A stretch of 63,920 nt of DNA, filler included, from Dimorphilus gyrociliatus (GCA_904063045.1; 5 parts of 5 records of this genome joined end to end with filler, not necessarily neighbours in it), one strand, 5' to 3'. Counted from the whole stretch's first letter, positions 12,726 to 26,085 are shown. Translations and numbers: made by a program. Notes: generated from the sequence alone by a model not told the origin.

Positions 12726-13252
12726 TTTACTTATTGGACAGACATAATAATTTAGGTACACACCAGTTTCCCAACAAACTGTCCACTATCATCCCATCGA
12801 CTGCATTTACTGCAAAATAATTATTTGAAAAACTGCTCATTGATGTTATTTTATCTTTTGCAAGATTTTTTAAAAACCAAATTTCAATTTCACATATTAT
12901 CAATGTGAAACATCAATTTCGAAACGTTGTAGAGATAAGATGGATATTTGGTGGGTTTTTTTTATAAACAGTAAGTTAGTTGATTAAACAGGACAACATA
13001 TTGCTTATTATTCATACAATAGGGTCAAGTAGAAACATCAAAACATTGGCCGTTATTTTGACAATAGACCGAATAGAAAAAAATCTGTTTTCATTGTCAA
13101 AAGAATGGGAACATTTTTTGTATTTTGGTTTTTTAAATGTTAAATATTTGATTAAAAAGAAAATAAAAATTTTGAATTACTTGACTATTGTTAACTTTAG
13201 GATCAGTTCCAACTTACTATTTAAGCCTATCTTACAATCTTTGGTAAAAAGT

Positions 13253-13459
13253 GGGTGTGGTAGAAAACGGCCATAAATCTATGGTTTTACCCTAACCCTA
13301 ACCCAGCCCTTGTTTTTGCCTAACCTTTTTTAATACCCCTAACCCTTAGATGGGACCCTCCTAAGAACATATCAACAGTTATCTTATTCCTCCTAACCAT
13401 TTCCCAGGCTGAAATCTAACTTTCAAATATTTCATTTATGGCCGTTTTCGACCAGTCCC
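13253..13459. mobile_element. MULE-type MITE (207 bp) containing (CCCTAA)n motifs
   Basis: TIRs gggtgtggtagaaaacggccataaat and rc gggactggtcgaaaacggccataaat; 9-bp TSD GTAAAAAGT (13244-13252, 13460-13468). Confidence 0.85.
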
Positions 13460-13912
13460 GTAAAAAGTCTATATTTAAATATTATTTAGTTCTGTTCGCT
13501 TCAGCTATTTAAGAATATCGCTTTATAAAAGCATAGATTCCAATTGAATGGTATTTTGTATGAATGGCCAAAAATAGTGTTGAGTGTCCTGATGATATAT
13601 ATAATATTGACAGATTATTGCTTATTGCCTGTACGTTAATGCGTAGAAATTGTTTTTTCTAAGAGGTGGGCTACAATTAGTCTGGCACTTTACTAAAAAT
13701 AATCTATCATTCTACAAGAGTCTATAACTTTAAATTTTTTTTTTACAACCAAAATTTCATAAATTTAAAGGTCAAAGTCCATTGTAATTCTTGTCATGGG
13801 AATCAGCTATTGGAATATTGAAATTGCCGCAACGATAGATTTTGAAGTATAAATGTTTTTTTTGAATGTATGTTAAGTATATTGATAAAAATAAATAAGT
13901 AGTAAATAGTAT

Positions 13913-14110
13913 GGGATACGACAGAAAACGTCCAAAAATGAGTGCTTTTACCCTCACCCTAACCCAGCCCTTGGCAGTACCTGACCTTTTGCATTACCTC
14001 TAACCCTTAGAGGAGACCCTCCTAAGTACAAATAAGTTGCTCTCTTCTTCTTCCTAAACATTTCTCAGGCCAAAATCTAGTATTGAAATTTCTCTATTGA
14101 CCCCTATTTA
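13913..14110. mobile_element. Diverged second copy of the same MITE family
   Basis: Colinear similarity to 13253-13459 (ttttaccct.accctaacccagccct, ctaacccttaga.g.gaccctcctaag). Right end is approximate. Confidence 0.7.
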
Positions 14111-14245
14111 CCTGTACAAAGGCCTACAGGCTTTATTCAAAACTGAATATAAAGAATCAAACAGCTATTTGGTTTGTTGTACTATTTTTTTGCCGACATT
14201 TTTTCTTGCCACAAGTCTGATTCCAGTTATGTAAGTAGATGATAT

Positions 14246-15211
14246 GGGGCCAGGACATTTCGGCCCACTTTGGACATTTCGGCCCACTTTAGGACATTTC
14301 GGCCCAGGACATTTTGGCCCACTTTAGGACATTTCGGCCCATTTTAGAGCATTAATATTCAAGAATATAACTTTCCATTTTATGATGGATTATGTTTATT
14401 TTTTCAATAAGAAAGGAAACAATTTCAAAACAGTAAAAGAATGATATAACATACAATAACAAAAATGCAGAGTAAGAAATGTTAACTTTTAAAAAATATT
14501 TAAATGTACAAGTCCATCCAATAATTCATCCAAACTCAGTTCTCTTTCTTCAAATTTACTCCACAACTGAAATATTTTGAATTGTAAATCTTGATACTTC
14601 TTCTTTTGTATCTTTCTTAACTTTTTCTCGGACAATAACTTTTCAAAGATCTCTACTAACTCAGCTTCTCTTCTTAATTCTTTTATGAGGGAATACAAGT
14701 TCTCATCCATGTTCAAGTTTTTGTTAAGCCTGGAATGCCATGCCTCAACATGATTGTTTGTTCTCACAATAATTTTAATAAATGTTTCTTCAATATAATC
14801 AAGCAAATCTGAAAACAATTTCTTTTCACAAAGTTCTTCTTTTATTTGAAAAAACTTTTGTTCAATAAATTTTGCTGGAAGATAGGCCAAACACATCAAT
14901 TTTTGTAACATTTTCCCTTTATATTCATTTTCTTTATAATCATTAATGTATCCAAGTTTCTAACAAAAAATTTCCTATGAATATTTAATTGTTTGCAGTA
15001 TTGTTTAATCTACCTGAATGTTTCTCAAAATTGCTTGCTTGAAATGAAAAGAGCATCCTTGAAGGTCAGAATTAGGAAACTGGTCTTTAAGTGCCATCCA
15101 TATAGCCTTTTCAAAATCTAAAATGTTATTTTTCTAACATGGGGTGAAATATTTTGGGCGGAAATGTCCCAAAGTGGGCCGAAATGTCCTGGGCCGAAAT
15201 GTCACTGCACC
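14246..15211 (-). mobile_element. Internally deleted Mutator-like (MULE) DNA transposon with tandem-repeat TIRs
   Basis: 9-bp TSD AGATGATAT (14237-14245, 15212-15220). TIRs are built of GGACATTTCGGCCCA(CTTT) units. Transposase remnants DFEKAIWMALKDQFP..GCSFHFKQ and RTNNHVEAWH. Confidence 0.92.
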
Positions 15212-15460
15212 AGATGATATTTATTGGAAAGCTTATATGCAAATTGACATTTTAGTTATACAGTATAAAACAATACTATTTATCATGTGGATGAGACAGA
15301 TAAACCTAACCCTAACCCAACACTTGTACCATAACTTAACCTTTTAGATATAATCCTCCCAAGTGATAATTCATTAAAAATGTCGTTATGATGAATTATA
15401 TTCTAAAGAACAATAATTAATATTTGTTTCATTCTTCTTTTTTTCAGTTGAATAAAGAAG

Positions 15461-16737
15461 ATGAAAAAAATTATATATGCTATCTTTTCTTGTATCATAG
15501 TCTTTGCATATTTTTTAGGAAGATATCAATTGAAATCAAATGATAAAGTAGTAAAAGAACAAGTTGTGTCTTTTAAAACTTTCGCAGAGGAGAGAAAGTA
15601 TATACCTCCTGATGAAAGAGAGGCAAATTATAGATATATAGGATATCAGTGTACAGGATGGTGCACAGGCTGGGGAAATAGATTGTATGGAATTTTTGCA
15701 GCTTATTATCTAGCAATACTATCAAATAGGGCGTTTTTTATTCATATGAAACTACCTTGTCATGTTGATAACTTTTTAACACCTAATCGATTAATATGGA
15801 ATCAGAAATATCATCCTGTTGATAAGCTTGTTTCCAAGCATATACCGGAAATGACGTATGACGAGTTAAAAGATTTTTACACATCGTTAATGAGTGACGA
15901 TGTTAAAGTTATTTCTTATAAACACCATTCGAGTCGAATACTCCATTTTTTGTCTAATCAAAAAGCGTTTCGTCAACTCTTTCTTAATTTGGGTTATACA
16001 CAAGACGAATTGAAAGAGTTTACTCTCTATTCAATACCCCACAAGGTAAGTAAGATATTCAGCGAATAACATTTAAAATTACCAATATTTCATTCTCTTT
16101 CTTTGCTTTTCCTCTCTTCAAGTACAATATTTTTGATATGCTATTCAATTTGAATATGGAACTAAGGAGCGAAAGAGCAAAACTAATTGGTGGTAAAAAG
16201 TTACTGTGTGCTCACATAAGACACGCTAAAACTGGAGAAAAAGTAAAAGCTGTTCATGTACAAGCAAGAAAGGAAATCAATGAAATATGGAAATCTCTTA
16301 AGAATCTTTTCAATAGGGATCAATACAAACATCATTTATTATACGTTGCAGCTGATTCAGAAAATGTTACTCAGCAGGCGTCAAATATCTTTAAGAACAG
16401 GTTTATCAAGGCAAACAGCTCGTTAACTAATATACAAAGATGGTCTAAAGGTGGAAAAACACCGGAAGCTTCAGATGCTTGCAATGGTCTTCGGAGAGTT
16501 ATATTAGATTGGAAAGTTCTATCTGAATGTTCTTTGATCATTAAATCACCACTTTACAGTACCTTTTCTGGTTCGGCAATATCAATGAGTCGGAATAAAG
16601 TGTCCTTTTATTATCATGAAAGATTGAAAGAACTTCATCGAGTTGGAAAACGCTTTCAACTCTTAAAAAATATTAATACACATCCATTAATCAATTGTAC
16701 TTTCACAGAAAAGGATCAAGGAAGATGCCTATTATAA
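15461..16737 (+). CDS. Type II membrane GT-B fucosyltransferase-like protein (alpha-1,2/1,6/O-FucT superfamily); exons 15461-16045 and 16123-16737
   Basis: N-terminal TM anchor, GWGNRLYGIFAAYYLAILSNRAF, motif I LCAHIRH, motif II LYVAADS and motif III LDWKVLSEC..STFS. A 77-bp GT-AG intron joins the two ORFs in frame. Confidence 0.8.
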
Positions 16738-17034
16738 AAAATTTTTTTAATGTTTCATATAAGTGTATTATCGCCCTATGTATTATAATAGTGTTTTTAA
16801 TTGTACAAGTATGCTCTCTAACTAAATAAGTAAGAACAAGTAAATATAACAAAAGTATCCATAGCAATGTTTATCCCCAAAGGTGTTTGTCATTTTTCTT
16901 TCTTTTTTTCATATAATATTTTATCAACAAATTAATTAATTATAATTGAAAATTATCTTTTTAATGACTAAGGATATTCATAAAATTCAAAAATTTTAAT
17001 AATTAATTTATTATTAAGTGTAAGTTCTGGTTTT

Positions 17035-17600
17035 GTGATAATGCCAACATCATTTATACCTTCTTGGACTGAAAATTCCAATGTTAATAATAATTTTTAT
17101 CAATTTTCTGGTTTATTCTACTCTTCAAATGCTTCAATATCAGCATGGACAATAACATTTATATTAATAGATAGATTTTTTGCAATCAATTATCCAATAA
17201 AATATAAAGAAAACAGAAAATATTAATTGTATTTCTATGGTTCATTATAAATTCATATTTTCTTTTACCAGTTTTATTAGTATTAAACTTTATAATTTAT
17301 AAATTTTTAAAATTTGAATTGTACTGTTACTATTTAGTCAATTTAAACTGGACACTTCTAACAACATTTTTAATACCAGGCCCCTCATTTACTATTCTAT
17401 TTATTATAACTTTTAATTTTATATTTTATGGTTACCTTATACATTAATTTATATTTTAGAAGAATTTTTAAATAAACAACTCTTTCATCTTTTTCTAAGA
17501 TTTCTCTTTTTTTGGATTGCTTTTTCAAATAATTTCCTCAATATTTTTACCTATACTTTTATATATCAAGTTTTAGGCAAAAAGTTTGTCAATTTATATA
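17035..17600 (+). pseudogene. Decayed class A GPCR
   Basis: SAWTITFILIDRFFAINYPIKYK (TM3/DRF). Downstream TM remnants are broken by stops and frameshifts. Right end is approximate. Confidence 0.65.
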
Positions 17601-17949
17601 TTCAATATTTGATTGTTCAATTTTTTGTATTAAGAAAAAAAACACCCAACAACATTATGTAACTACTATTGTTCAACAAACTTTTATAATTGATGAGTGT
17701 ACATCTTAAACGTTCTGTCAAATTTTTACAATTCATCTTTCTATTTTTGTTTACAGTTTTAATGAAATGAAATAAATGATACGGCAACCTCAATAATGTA
17801 AATGATTTGTTCAAAGACCTATATTCCTTTAAATCAATATTGCTTAGGGTGATTATAAAATTGTTCAAAAAATTTTAACTTCTCTCTATGCTTATTACTT
17901 TATTGCTTATGAAATTTGTGAACAGTAAAAGCAGATTAGGTTGAATAAT

Positions 17950-20100
17950 AGCTGCGCAGCGAATGGATAATATTTAAAATTCTAAGATGTACATTTTGTA
18001 TGTACAAGCATTTCAAATGATCTTCCTCCCGTATCGGTAGCTTCAAAATAATTGATGTTGAAATCTCCACTTTCGCGAATGTAATAAGTTGTTCGGAGTT
18101 TGGGAGGTTTTAATTTCCGTCCTCTAAAGATGCTGATTCGATCCGTTCCCGCGCTAGCATAAACAAAAAAGTAGAAAAGGTATTAATAAAGTATATTAGT
18201 ATTTTGACCATGACCTTGAGATTAAGCTAGTAAGTGATTATACTTACCCCACTGTATTTGCTTTTCCAGAATATTGAATATGACGAAAACCTTGAGCAAA
18301 TGTTAGAGCATCGTAATCGTTTCCTGTATTTCTCTGTAGATTGAATGAGAGAAATTTAAATTCCACTTCCTAAAATGATAAATAGATAATTAAGTTAAAT
18401 GTTTTGAATAGAGCAATATAGACACCGTACTAAATTACTTCTGCTTATAGACAGATTAATTGAACACCATTTTTTAGTTCTGCTGCTTGGAGCTATTATT
18501 CTTAAATCTCCCATATTACAATCCATTTTAATGTTAACTTTATTCCATTTGCATAAAACTTGCCTGATTGGTGGAATTGTTGGAATTGTTGGAATTTTTG
18601 GAATTGTTTGTAGACAAGAGAATGTAGTTGTTAATTGAAACCCAGTGAATTGTTTATTTGTATCGCTTTTGAAATTTATTTTAAATGAATTTTCCATACT
18701 AGTATAATACGTTTTATTTATATCCACTTTATTACGATAGCGTTGTTTTCCTAGGAAAGTTTTTGCTTTATCACCCAAAACTACAAAAAAAGAAAAAGAG
18801 AGAGAAGAATGAGAAATACGATTTGAAAATCAACTTGATATTTTACTTTGCTTTCCGCAGAATTTAAAAGAACTTCCACAATTATCGATAATCTGAAGAT
18901 AATCATATTTGCATTTTGCGTGATTTTCAATATTAATATATTTAAATTTGAAATAAATCGTCTGCAAAATGGAACGTTGTTGTTGTCATTTATTAAATAA
19001 TTTAAATTTTTACCCCTTTCTTTCCTCTTGGAGGCATTAAATGAATAAGACAATTTGAATTGGGTAAATATGGATTATTTGAAATGATATTATAACTTTT
19101 TCCATGACAATCAAAATTAAATTTCGGAATTGTTCTACTGCCACAAAAAACTGCTTTATTATTTACAAGCAGTGTTGCTAGTTTTGTTGTTTTTGTTGTT
19201 AATTGGGGCATAGGAGTAGTTGTGTCTATTTCCACAGGAGGAGGAGTAGTATTACTATTTGTTGTTTTTCTATCAGAGTTGTTGGTAGTTAAAAATTCTT
19301 CTACAGTACTATCTTTGGTTGTTATCATCTCAGTTGTGGCTATTTTATCAATTTTATCGGAAACTGCTTCGTTTCCATAACAATTGAACTTGTCATTTCT
19401 AAAATTAGCTTTTAAAACAAATCCAGAATATGTAAATTTATTGCCAGTTTTAAAACGAATGACTAACGCTCCATTTGGTTTAAATTTAAATGTTTTATTT
19501 ATGATTGGCTGCATTGTTCCATTTTTAAAGAAACTAACCTCGTCTGCAGAATTTCCAGTTGAATCTGGAAATATCAAATGAAAACGAAGTGAATGTTTGA
19601 CAAAAATAAAAGAGATATTTTTAACTTTTAATTAGCCCTTTTCCGCATAAAATTACTTTTTGTTTGTCATCCGAAATTGCTAGATAATCGTAACGGCAAT
19701 TTTTTGAAAATTCAAGATGGAATTCATCAAATGTCAATTCTATGTGCTATAAATAGAAATTAATTATAGTTAATTGGCAAAGTATAAACAATTATCATGT
19801 AGGTGTATTCTGATCCCATTTAATCCCGTTTAACTTATTATTTTATAGCCTTTTGGGCAATAATATCATCTATTTTCTTCAATAAAACATATTACAAACC
19901 CCGTTAAACGCTTCTTCAACATTTATAATTATCATACAATTATGATTATGTGGATAATTTTTTGGATAATCCTTCGAAGAGATTAGATAATCCGTTGTAT
20001 TGTCACTGTTCAAGTTTTGATTTAATGTAATCTGTCCATCGCATTCAATCTGTTTTAAAGTGTGTCTTGAAAATCTCTGATTGTCGACTAAACCTGAAAA
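17950..20100 (-). CDS. Multi-exon multi-CUB-domain protein with a Thr-rich stalk (boundaries approximate)
   Basis: CUB motifs ISSKDYPKNYPHNHNCMIII (about 19900-20000), LVIRFKTGNKFTYSGFVLKA and SFKINFKSDTNKQFTGFQL. A 52-bp intron (18962-19013) restores NCLIHL...IENHAKCKYDYLQI..FCG. Confidence 0.75.
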
Positions 20101-20863
20101 AGAAAGTTCATTAATAAATTAATAGTAAAAATAATAGAGATTTTAATACAAACTAATTAAATTATCAATTCTTTGAGTTAGATCATTATGTAACAATTTC
20201 ATATTATCCTTTAAAATGTTGTCTATACATTCATCACTTTCCGCACAATATTTATATAAATGCACCTTTTGAAAGAAATTTATATTTCATATGTAAAAAT
20301 GAATAAAAAGAAACCCCAATTGTCACTGACCAGTATGAGCAGAAAGCTTCCTTGAACACTTTTGAACATTTTTGTATTTTTTGTCCCTTTACTTTCAACT
20401 ATATATAAAAATTTAATGGGACAAAGACACTCCAGTGCTAGTAATCAATCAATGAATTAAGCAATTAATGTAGTCTTTATGACCTCTTATATGTTATTTT
20501 TTTTGCCGATATCGGCAATTTTTTAAATACGGGTTTCTGAAGAATTGTTTATAATAATTTTAAAAATTACTTGTAATTATAACGCTACGTGTCTCTTTTT
20601 TATCTCGTTGCCAAAAGTAGACAGACGCCTACGCTAAAATTACCAATTGTGATATAATGAACAAGTAATAAAGCTTATTGATAATTGTTCATAATTTTAT
20701 GTCGTTTATCAGTTTCTAATTTACAGAATAAATAGGCCTAAAATAGTATATGTATGTAAACTCACAACTAGACGGCGCTTTTTGAAAAAAAACTTTCTAA
20801 CTCTGTTAAAAATTTATGAAGAGTGAGTTTGATTACTACTTTATATTCTGAAATAGACAGAAT

Positions 20864-21504
20864 GGGGTCGGGTGCGAACGTACCCGTAAGCAAATATTTC
20901 CAACCCTGAAAATATTTTAGGAAAGGGTAAGTTTGAAAATTTGATTGGATTTATTGTTAGAGGGGCTCCAATTTAGGGTTAGGGAATAAAGTAAACGACA
21001 TGTATATAGGCACACCCCAAATTCTGATAGGCCAATTTATAATTAACGGTTAAAAATGTTTGTTTGCTGTAGAGTATTTTTTTTATCTAAATTTATACAG
21101 AAAAAAAGGATTTGTAAATGTATCGAAAGGGAGGGCCTGCACATATAAAGATAAAGAAAATTTTAACTCAAAAGATTATGTGCCAATAATCATGTTGTTT
21201 GGCCAAATAAGAAAAAAAATCATAAAACAATAGTAATTTTTATAACAAAAAAATATGTAAAAACCTACCTAAACGCTTTCTTAAAGAAACTTATATAAAA
21301 TTCCAAGTTTAATCTATAATTTAAGACTGAGAAAATAAAAATAATAAGATTTCTTCATAATGAAAAGGATTATTAATATTTCGCCTATCAAAATTCGAGG
21401 TGTATCAACATACCTGTCGTTTATAAATAATACATATATTACACTCAACTTCAGGTACATTAAGATAGGCTTCAACCCTCTAAGGCCACGTTCACACCCC
21501 CATC
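20864..21504. mobile_element. MULE-type MITE with a TTAGGG motif
   Basis: Imperfect TIRs (gggtcgggtgcgaacgt and rc ggatggggtgtgaacgt); near-perfect 9-bp TSD agacagaat/agaaagaat. Confidence 0.6.
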
Positions 21505-21644
21505 CAGAAAGAATATGTCTACCATTTCGGTATTCTTAATTAGGGAATTCTTTTCAACCCTGAAAATAGCCTAGTTTATTACGAAAAGTAAACTTTTTAT
21601 ATCAAAATTTATGATATATAATCTATTGCTACAGTAAGTATTTG

Positions 21645-22447
21645 TTAATTTTTCTGATTTTGTAGGACTAGTGAGTTTTTAATGCTAAATATATATGTAA
21701 AAAAAAACATTCTTACTACAAGTTGTATTTTTATCAAACAGATGAGTGTCTTGATGATCTTGAAATGAACCATCATCAATGGCATCGGCGTAGTTAATTG
21801 AATTAAACCAACATTTTTTATGCAAGGTTGTATAATCAAAACTCCTGCAAAAGAGATTTTTAAAATGTTATTTTTTTTATCAATTCATTTATTGACCTAT
21901 TTAATTTTGAATGTAATTATCTCACTTGCATATTGAATGTTTATTGCAAAATCGCATACATTCATGTTCATTTTCTGTTTCTATTTCGTAACCATCAGTA
22001 TTGTTCCAAAATATACCATTTTTTCTAATATATTTTGAATTGTATATATTATATTGGCAGCTGCAACTTCCGGTTTTTTTGTAATAGTCATATTGATTAT
22101 CAACAGTAAGTAATTGATTGGCTTCTCCATCAGTCAAACTACATGCATTTGTAGCTTTTTTAAAGTTAAACCCCCTGTTTTTATAGATTAAATTAAAATG
22201 GCGTCTCGTGTTGAAAAAGAGAAATAGCTTACTCGCATGATTTCTAGCGATCACAAATCCTTTTACAAGTGTCAACATCATTCACTTCTGGATTACTATG
22301 CAACTCATTTACTGCTAAAAGGTTTCCAAAAACAACTGAATTCAATGTTCTATTATATTGGCAGACTGTAACAAAATATTGACTGTTATAGAAGATAATA
22401 GGATACAAAGGAATGATGACATTCAAGAAATTTACCTTCAACCCCAA
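21645..22447 (-). pseudogene. Cys-rich extracellular protein with PAN/Apple-like modules, frameshifted or spliced
   Basis: VNDVDTCKRICD and ETENEHECMRFCNKHSIC match the CxxxC pattern of PAN modules. The reading frame is split across three ORFs. Confidence 0.45.
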
Positions 22448-23215
22448 TTAGAATAAAGTATACCAAGTAGATTTGAAATGTTTTCTTTCTCATGCTTTTT
22501 CTGAAATGTTTGCAAGTTTAAGTGAATAAAAATTCACTTGGATTAATGATTTAATTGATTTTGAAATAACATCAAAATATATTATTAAAACTGAATAGCA
22601 TAACTCATCAATATCCTTCTATTACTACATTTTTGAATATATCTTCTATTATTCATATTAGGCCAAAGATTTTGTTTTAAATATTGAATATAGGCCTAAG
22701 CATATGGCAATGTACAGTGGAACATTTGTTTCAGTACTGTATAACATGTCTTATTCAAATCAATTTTTTGTATTTGAAATTCAGAATACCTCAAATAACT
22801 CATTATCTTTATTAAATGAATTATGATATTCCTATATGATGGAATGGGGCATAGAATCAGGCAATGCATCGAAAAAGAGGGTAGTCAGATACAAAAGTAG
22901 GAATAATGGGAACATTTTTGTTGGTGTTCCAATTATTATGAAGTGCAGCTAAATAATAAAAAAAAATCAATAAAACAGTACATAATATAAACAAAAAAAA
23001 ATGATATAAAATCTTACCTAAATCGTATTTGAAAGAAAATTATATATAAATTTAAGCTTCATCTAACATTTATGCAGAAAAAAATTAAAAAAATATCTTT
23101 TTTCTTAGTGAAAAACATTTTTAATACGTTGGCCTATTCAAAATTCGAGGTGTTCCAATTTTTATGAAGTTTACTTTATATATATACTGTATTTCTATTT
23201 TTAGTATGTTTTACT

Positions 23216-23315
23216 NNNNNNNNNNNNNNNNNNNNNNNNNNNNNNNNNNNNNNNNNNNNTTAATTAATTAANNNNNNNNNNNNNNNNNNNNNNNNNNNNN
23301 NNNNNNNNNNNNNNN
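23216..23315. other. Artificial contig spacer 1
   Basis: 44 N + TTAATTAATTAA + 44 N, identical at four places. Confidence 0.98.
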
Positions 23316-25390
23316 AAATTCTGTGATTTGCTGTTCTTGTTTGAATTAATTAACAGTTAAGTTTGCCTATGATCCTCTGTTTTATCTAACATGCTTACAA
23401 TGCTAATTGGATCATTAGATATAGGTAGAAAAAACAATGGCGTAGGAAAGTATATCCTCTTAATCAACTACAAAGCACCAACAATAGGACTAAAGTCTCT
23501 TTGAAGTCAAATCAAAGGCAGAAAAAATATTTTTTTTTTTGTATTTTGTAAAATCTGATTGCAGATTCGTAATCGGCTGAAAATTTCAATGAAAATTGAT
23601 ATATAGAACATGAATTTCTGATGAAAATTAAAGAATTTAGAATTTTCACCAAAAATTGGTATAAATGATAAAGGAATGTTGTTGACATGAAATGTTGTGG
23701 AGAAATGTATGTGTTTAATTTAATATTTTAATAAACTATTTCATGCTTTAATTATTCAACAAATATTCAAGTTTCATTAAAAAAATAAAAAATTTAAATA
23801 ACAGATATTTTTGAAGGAAATGAATAAAGAAAAATATGAATATGATTTTGATAATTCAGTGAATGGTTGTTATTTATATTTTAGAGGAATATGCACATAA
23901 AAAAGATGGTATTTGTAAGAGTATCAAAGCTTAATTAAACTAGTCAATTTTAAACATTTTCAAGGAAAAAATAAATTGGTCTCAATTAATATTCAATAAA
24001 AAAAAAAAAGCTTTTAACAAATTGTAAATACTTTGCTACGAAATTATCAAATGTCACAAGTTAATTGATATATTTCAATTAATCTTTCCTTCTCTGAACA
24101 GACAATTTAAACAAGCACATTTTGGATTAATTGTTGGGCATTAAACAAGTGCCAAACTGTTCATAGAACATTCATCCTTTGTGTCACAGTAGATTTTCAA
24201 ACAAACAATGCTGCCTTTATATACCTGATACTTCTCTAGTCTTACATTCGTTACCATAGAGTGAACACCTTGCAATTGCCAATTATCCTTGGTAAGCTAA
24301 TCACATTTTTTAACTTTTCAGGGGGAAATGCTTGGCCAAATATAGACATATTATATATCATTAGAATCGTCTTTTTACGCCCATTAACCTCAAGCAATCA
24401 GTGAAGGAATTGGACGAAAAAATATTTTACACATAAACGCTAAATGACAAATTTTTGCTATTTTTTCCACTCTATTTAACAATATTTTCCAACTTTTTTA
24501 CAGATATTTCAATTGCAACCAGTTGCCTTTTACCTGTTGCCTTACCACAGTTGACCTTTCACAGTTGCCTTACTAAAGTAGCCTTCTCAAGAGATTCTTC
24601 ACCAACCCATCACTGCCTTCTCTTCTCTTCTCTTTCCAAACCCAACATTCATATCTAATTCAAAGTAAGATATCTATTGTGAATTTTGGTCTATTCCTTG
24701 AACTTTGTTCTGAATTGACCAAATGTGTTTTATGTCAGGTTTTCTGGTTAATTCCTTTTCTTTTGAATCTGAATTTACCTGGTTTTTTAGGAAAGAAAAT
24801 GCTCTTATTTATAGTAATCTAATTTTGAGCAATGTTTCTATTAACAGAGAAACAGTTATCTTATTAGAAGTAGGAATAGCATCATTTGCTTTTGCTTTTA
24901 TAAGGTAGGCTTAAACTAAATAAGTTTTTGGTTTTTCCACCATAGTTTCTTTAATTTACATAATAGAAACTTGATTTTCTTAACATAAGGAGAGTAGACT
25001 ATGCCAAATTCAAATCAGTTAATGAAAATAATTTATCATTTGTAGTTTTTCTGTTATTTGCTGTTAAAATTTTTTTTTTAAGTCACTTTTTGCATAGAAA
25101 ACATTAAGATTTGACATATTTCTTTTCATGGATATTAGGTAATACACTAATTTAAGAAGAAGATTAGGCAGAGTTAACTTATGTAAAGTCTCTTTCTTTA
25201 AAAAATTAACTTTTTTAATCAAAAATATGTAAAGATGTTTAAATAGTAGGTATTACAAGGTAGTATTTCCTTGTGTATAGGAAAAAGTCTTTGCTCTTAA
25301 ATTAAATAATTAATATCAAATTTATATCAAGTTGTTAATCTGTGAGCTGTAGGCTGGTAAAAATTCTGTCAAATATTTAATTTTTGACAT

Positions 25391-26025
25391 TGTACAACTT
25401 TGGTTATATTTTACATGCTTGAACTCTATTATTTTATGCAACATATACATGTACATCTTAAAACCTACGCAAGAAAATGCTATAACATTGGCCAAACATA
25501 AGTCTGATTAGTCAGCTTGAAGGCTCATCTTTAATTACCAATAAAGGTTTGGCCAGGTTATAATTTAATTAACTTGCCTAGGGTGTGGCCAAGTTATAAT
25601 TCAATTAACCTTCCTAAATGTTGAACCTTGTAACATCCTGTTACTAAAGATAAATATGAACTACACATTTCGGCAACTGTAAAGTGATGATTGGATGTCA
25701 GAGACAAACCTCAAAGTATATAAATTCTCATTATTCTCATTTGGCATGCAGCTTCCATCTGGACCCAAGGACCTGGGAAAATCATCTGGAAACAACCTCC
25801 ACTGGAACCATCCATCTACTCCTCAACATTAGAAGACAGTTTGGTAATTTGGCAACCTGCTTTTACAAACTATCTACTCTGCTATCGAACTCTCATATTG
25901 TTACTTGCTTAAGTATTATTATTGCGAATAAACCATTTTAATTTAAACATTTGTTTAAAGGTTCGAGTAGAACCAGTATTGTTATAACTTGCAAACGCAT
26001 AGATTTTGCCAGCAAGAGCAGTACA
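25391..26025 (+). repeat. 5' LTR (635 bp) of Gypsy copy A (+ strand)
   Basis: TGTAC...GTACA termini, TATATAAA and AATAAA inside, followed by a PBS. Differs by only a few substitutions from 26370-27004 and 52461-53095. Confidence 0.95.
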
Positions 26026-26029
26026 AATT

Positions 26030-26047
26030 TGGCGCAGTCGACAGGAT
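26030..26047 (+). promoter_or_regulatory. Primer-binding site, probably tRNA-Ser
   Basis: TGGCGCAGTCGACAGGAT, 4 nt after the LTR. It is complementary to a tRNA 3' end ...AUCCUGUCGACUGCGCCA, which resembles animal tRNA-Ser acceptor stems as recalled. Confidence 0.8.
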
Positions 26048-26085
26048 ATTCTTTTGGTTTATTCAAAAGTTTTGAGAAAGTAAAT

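Noticed and set aside
14250-14340. Short repeats as a CRISPR array
   Set aside because: There are no unique spacers. The repeats are mirrored at 15160-15205 as TIRs with a 9-bp TSD.
23260-23271. TTAATTAATTAA palindrome as a biological motif
   Set aside because: It is identical and centred in all four N-blocks and gives stops in all frames, so it is a concatenation linker. Gene adjacency across spacers is meaningless.
24455-24908. Short ORFs and AAGGCAAC repeats upstream of copy A
   Set aside because: No coherent frame or recognisable motif on either strand.
25684-25941. 85-aa LTR ORF (also at 26454-26711 and 52545-52802) as a conserved small gene
   Set aside because: It recurs only because the LTRs are near-identical. 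There is no motif and no independent coding evidence.
25951-26085. Upstream in-frame extension of gag through U5/PBS (glyco-gag-like)
   Set aside because: It needs a TTG start and lacks a hydrophobic signal segment; a 45-codon open stretch can occur by chance.
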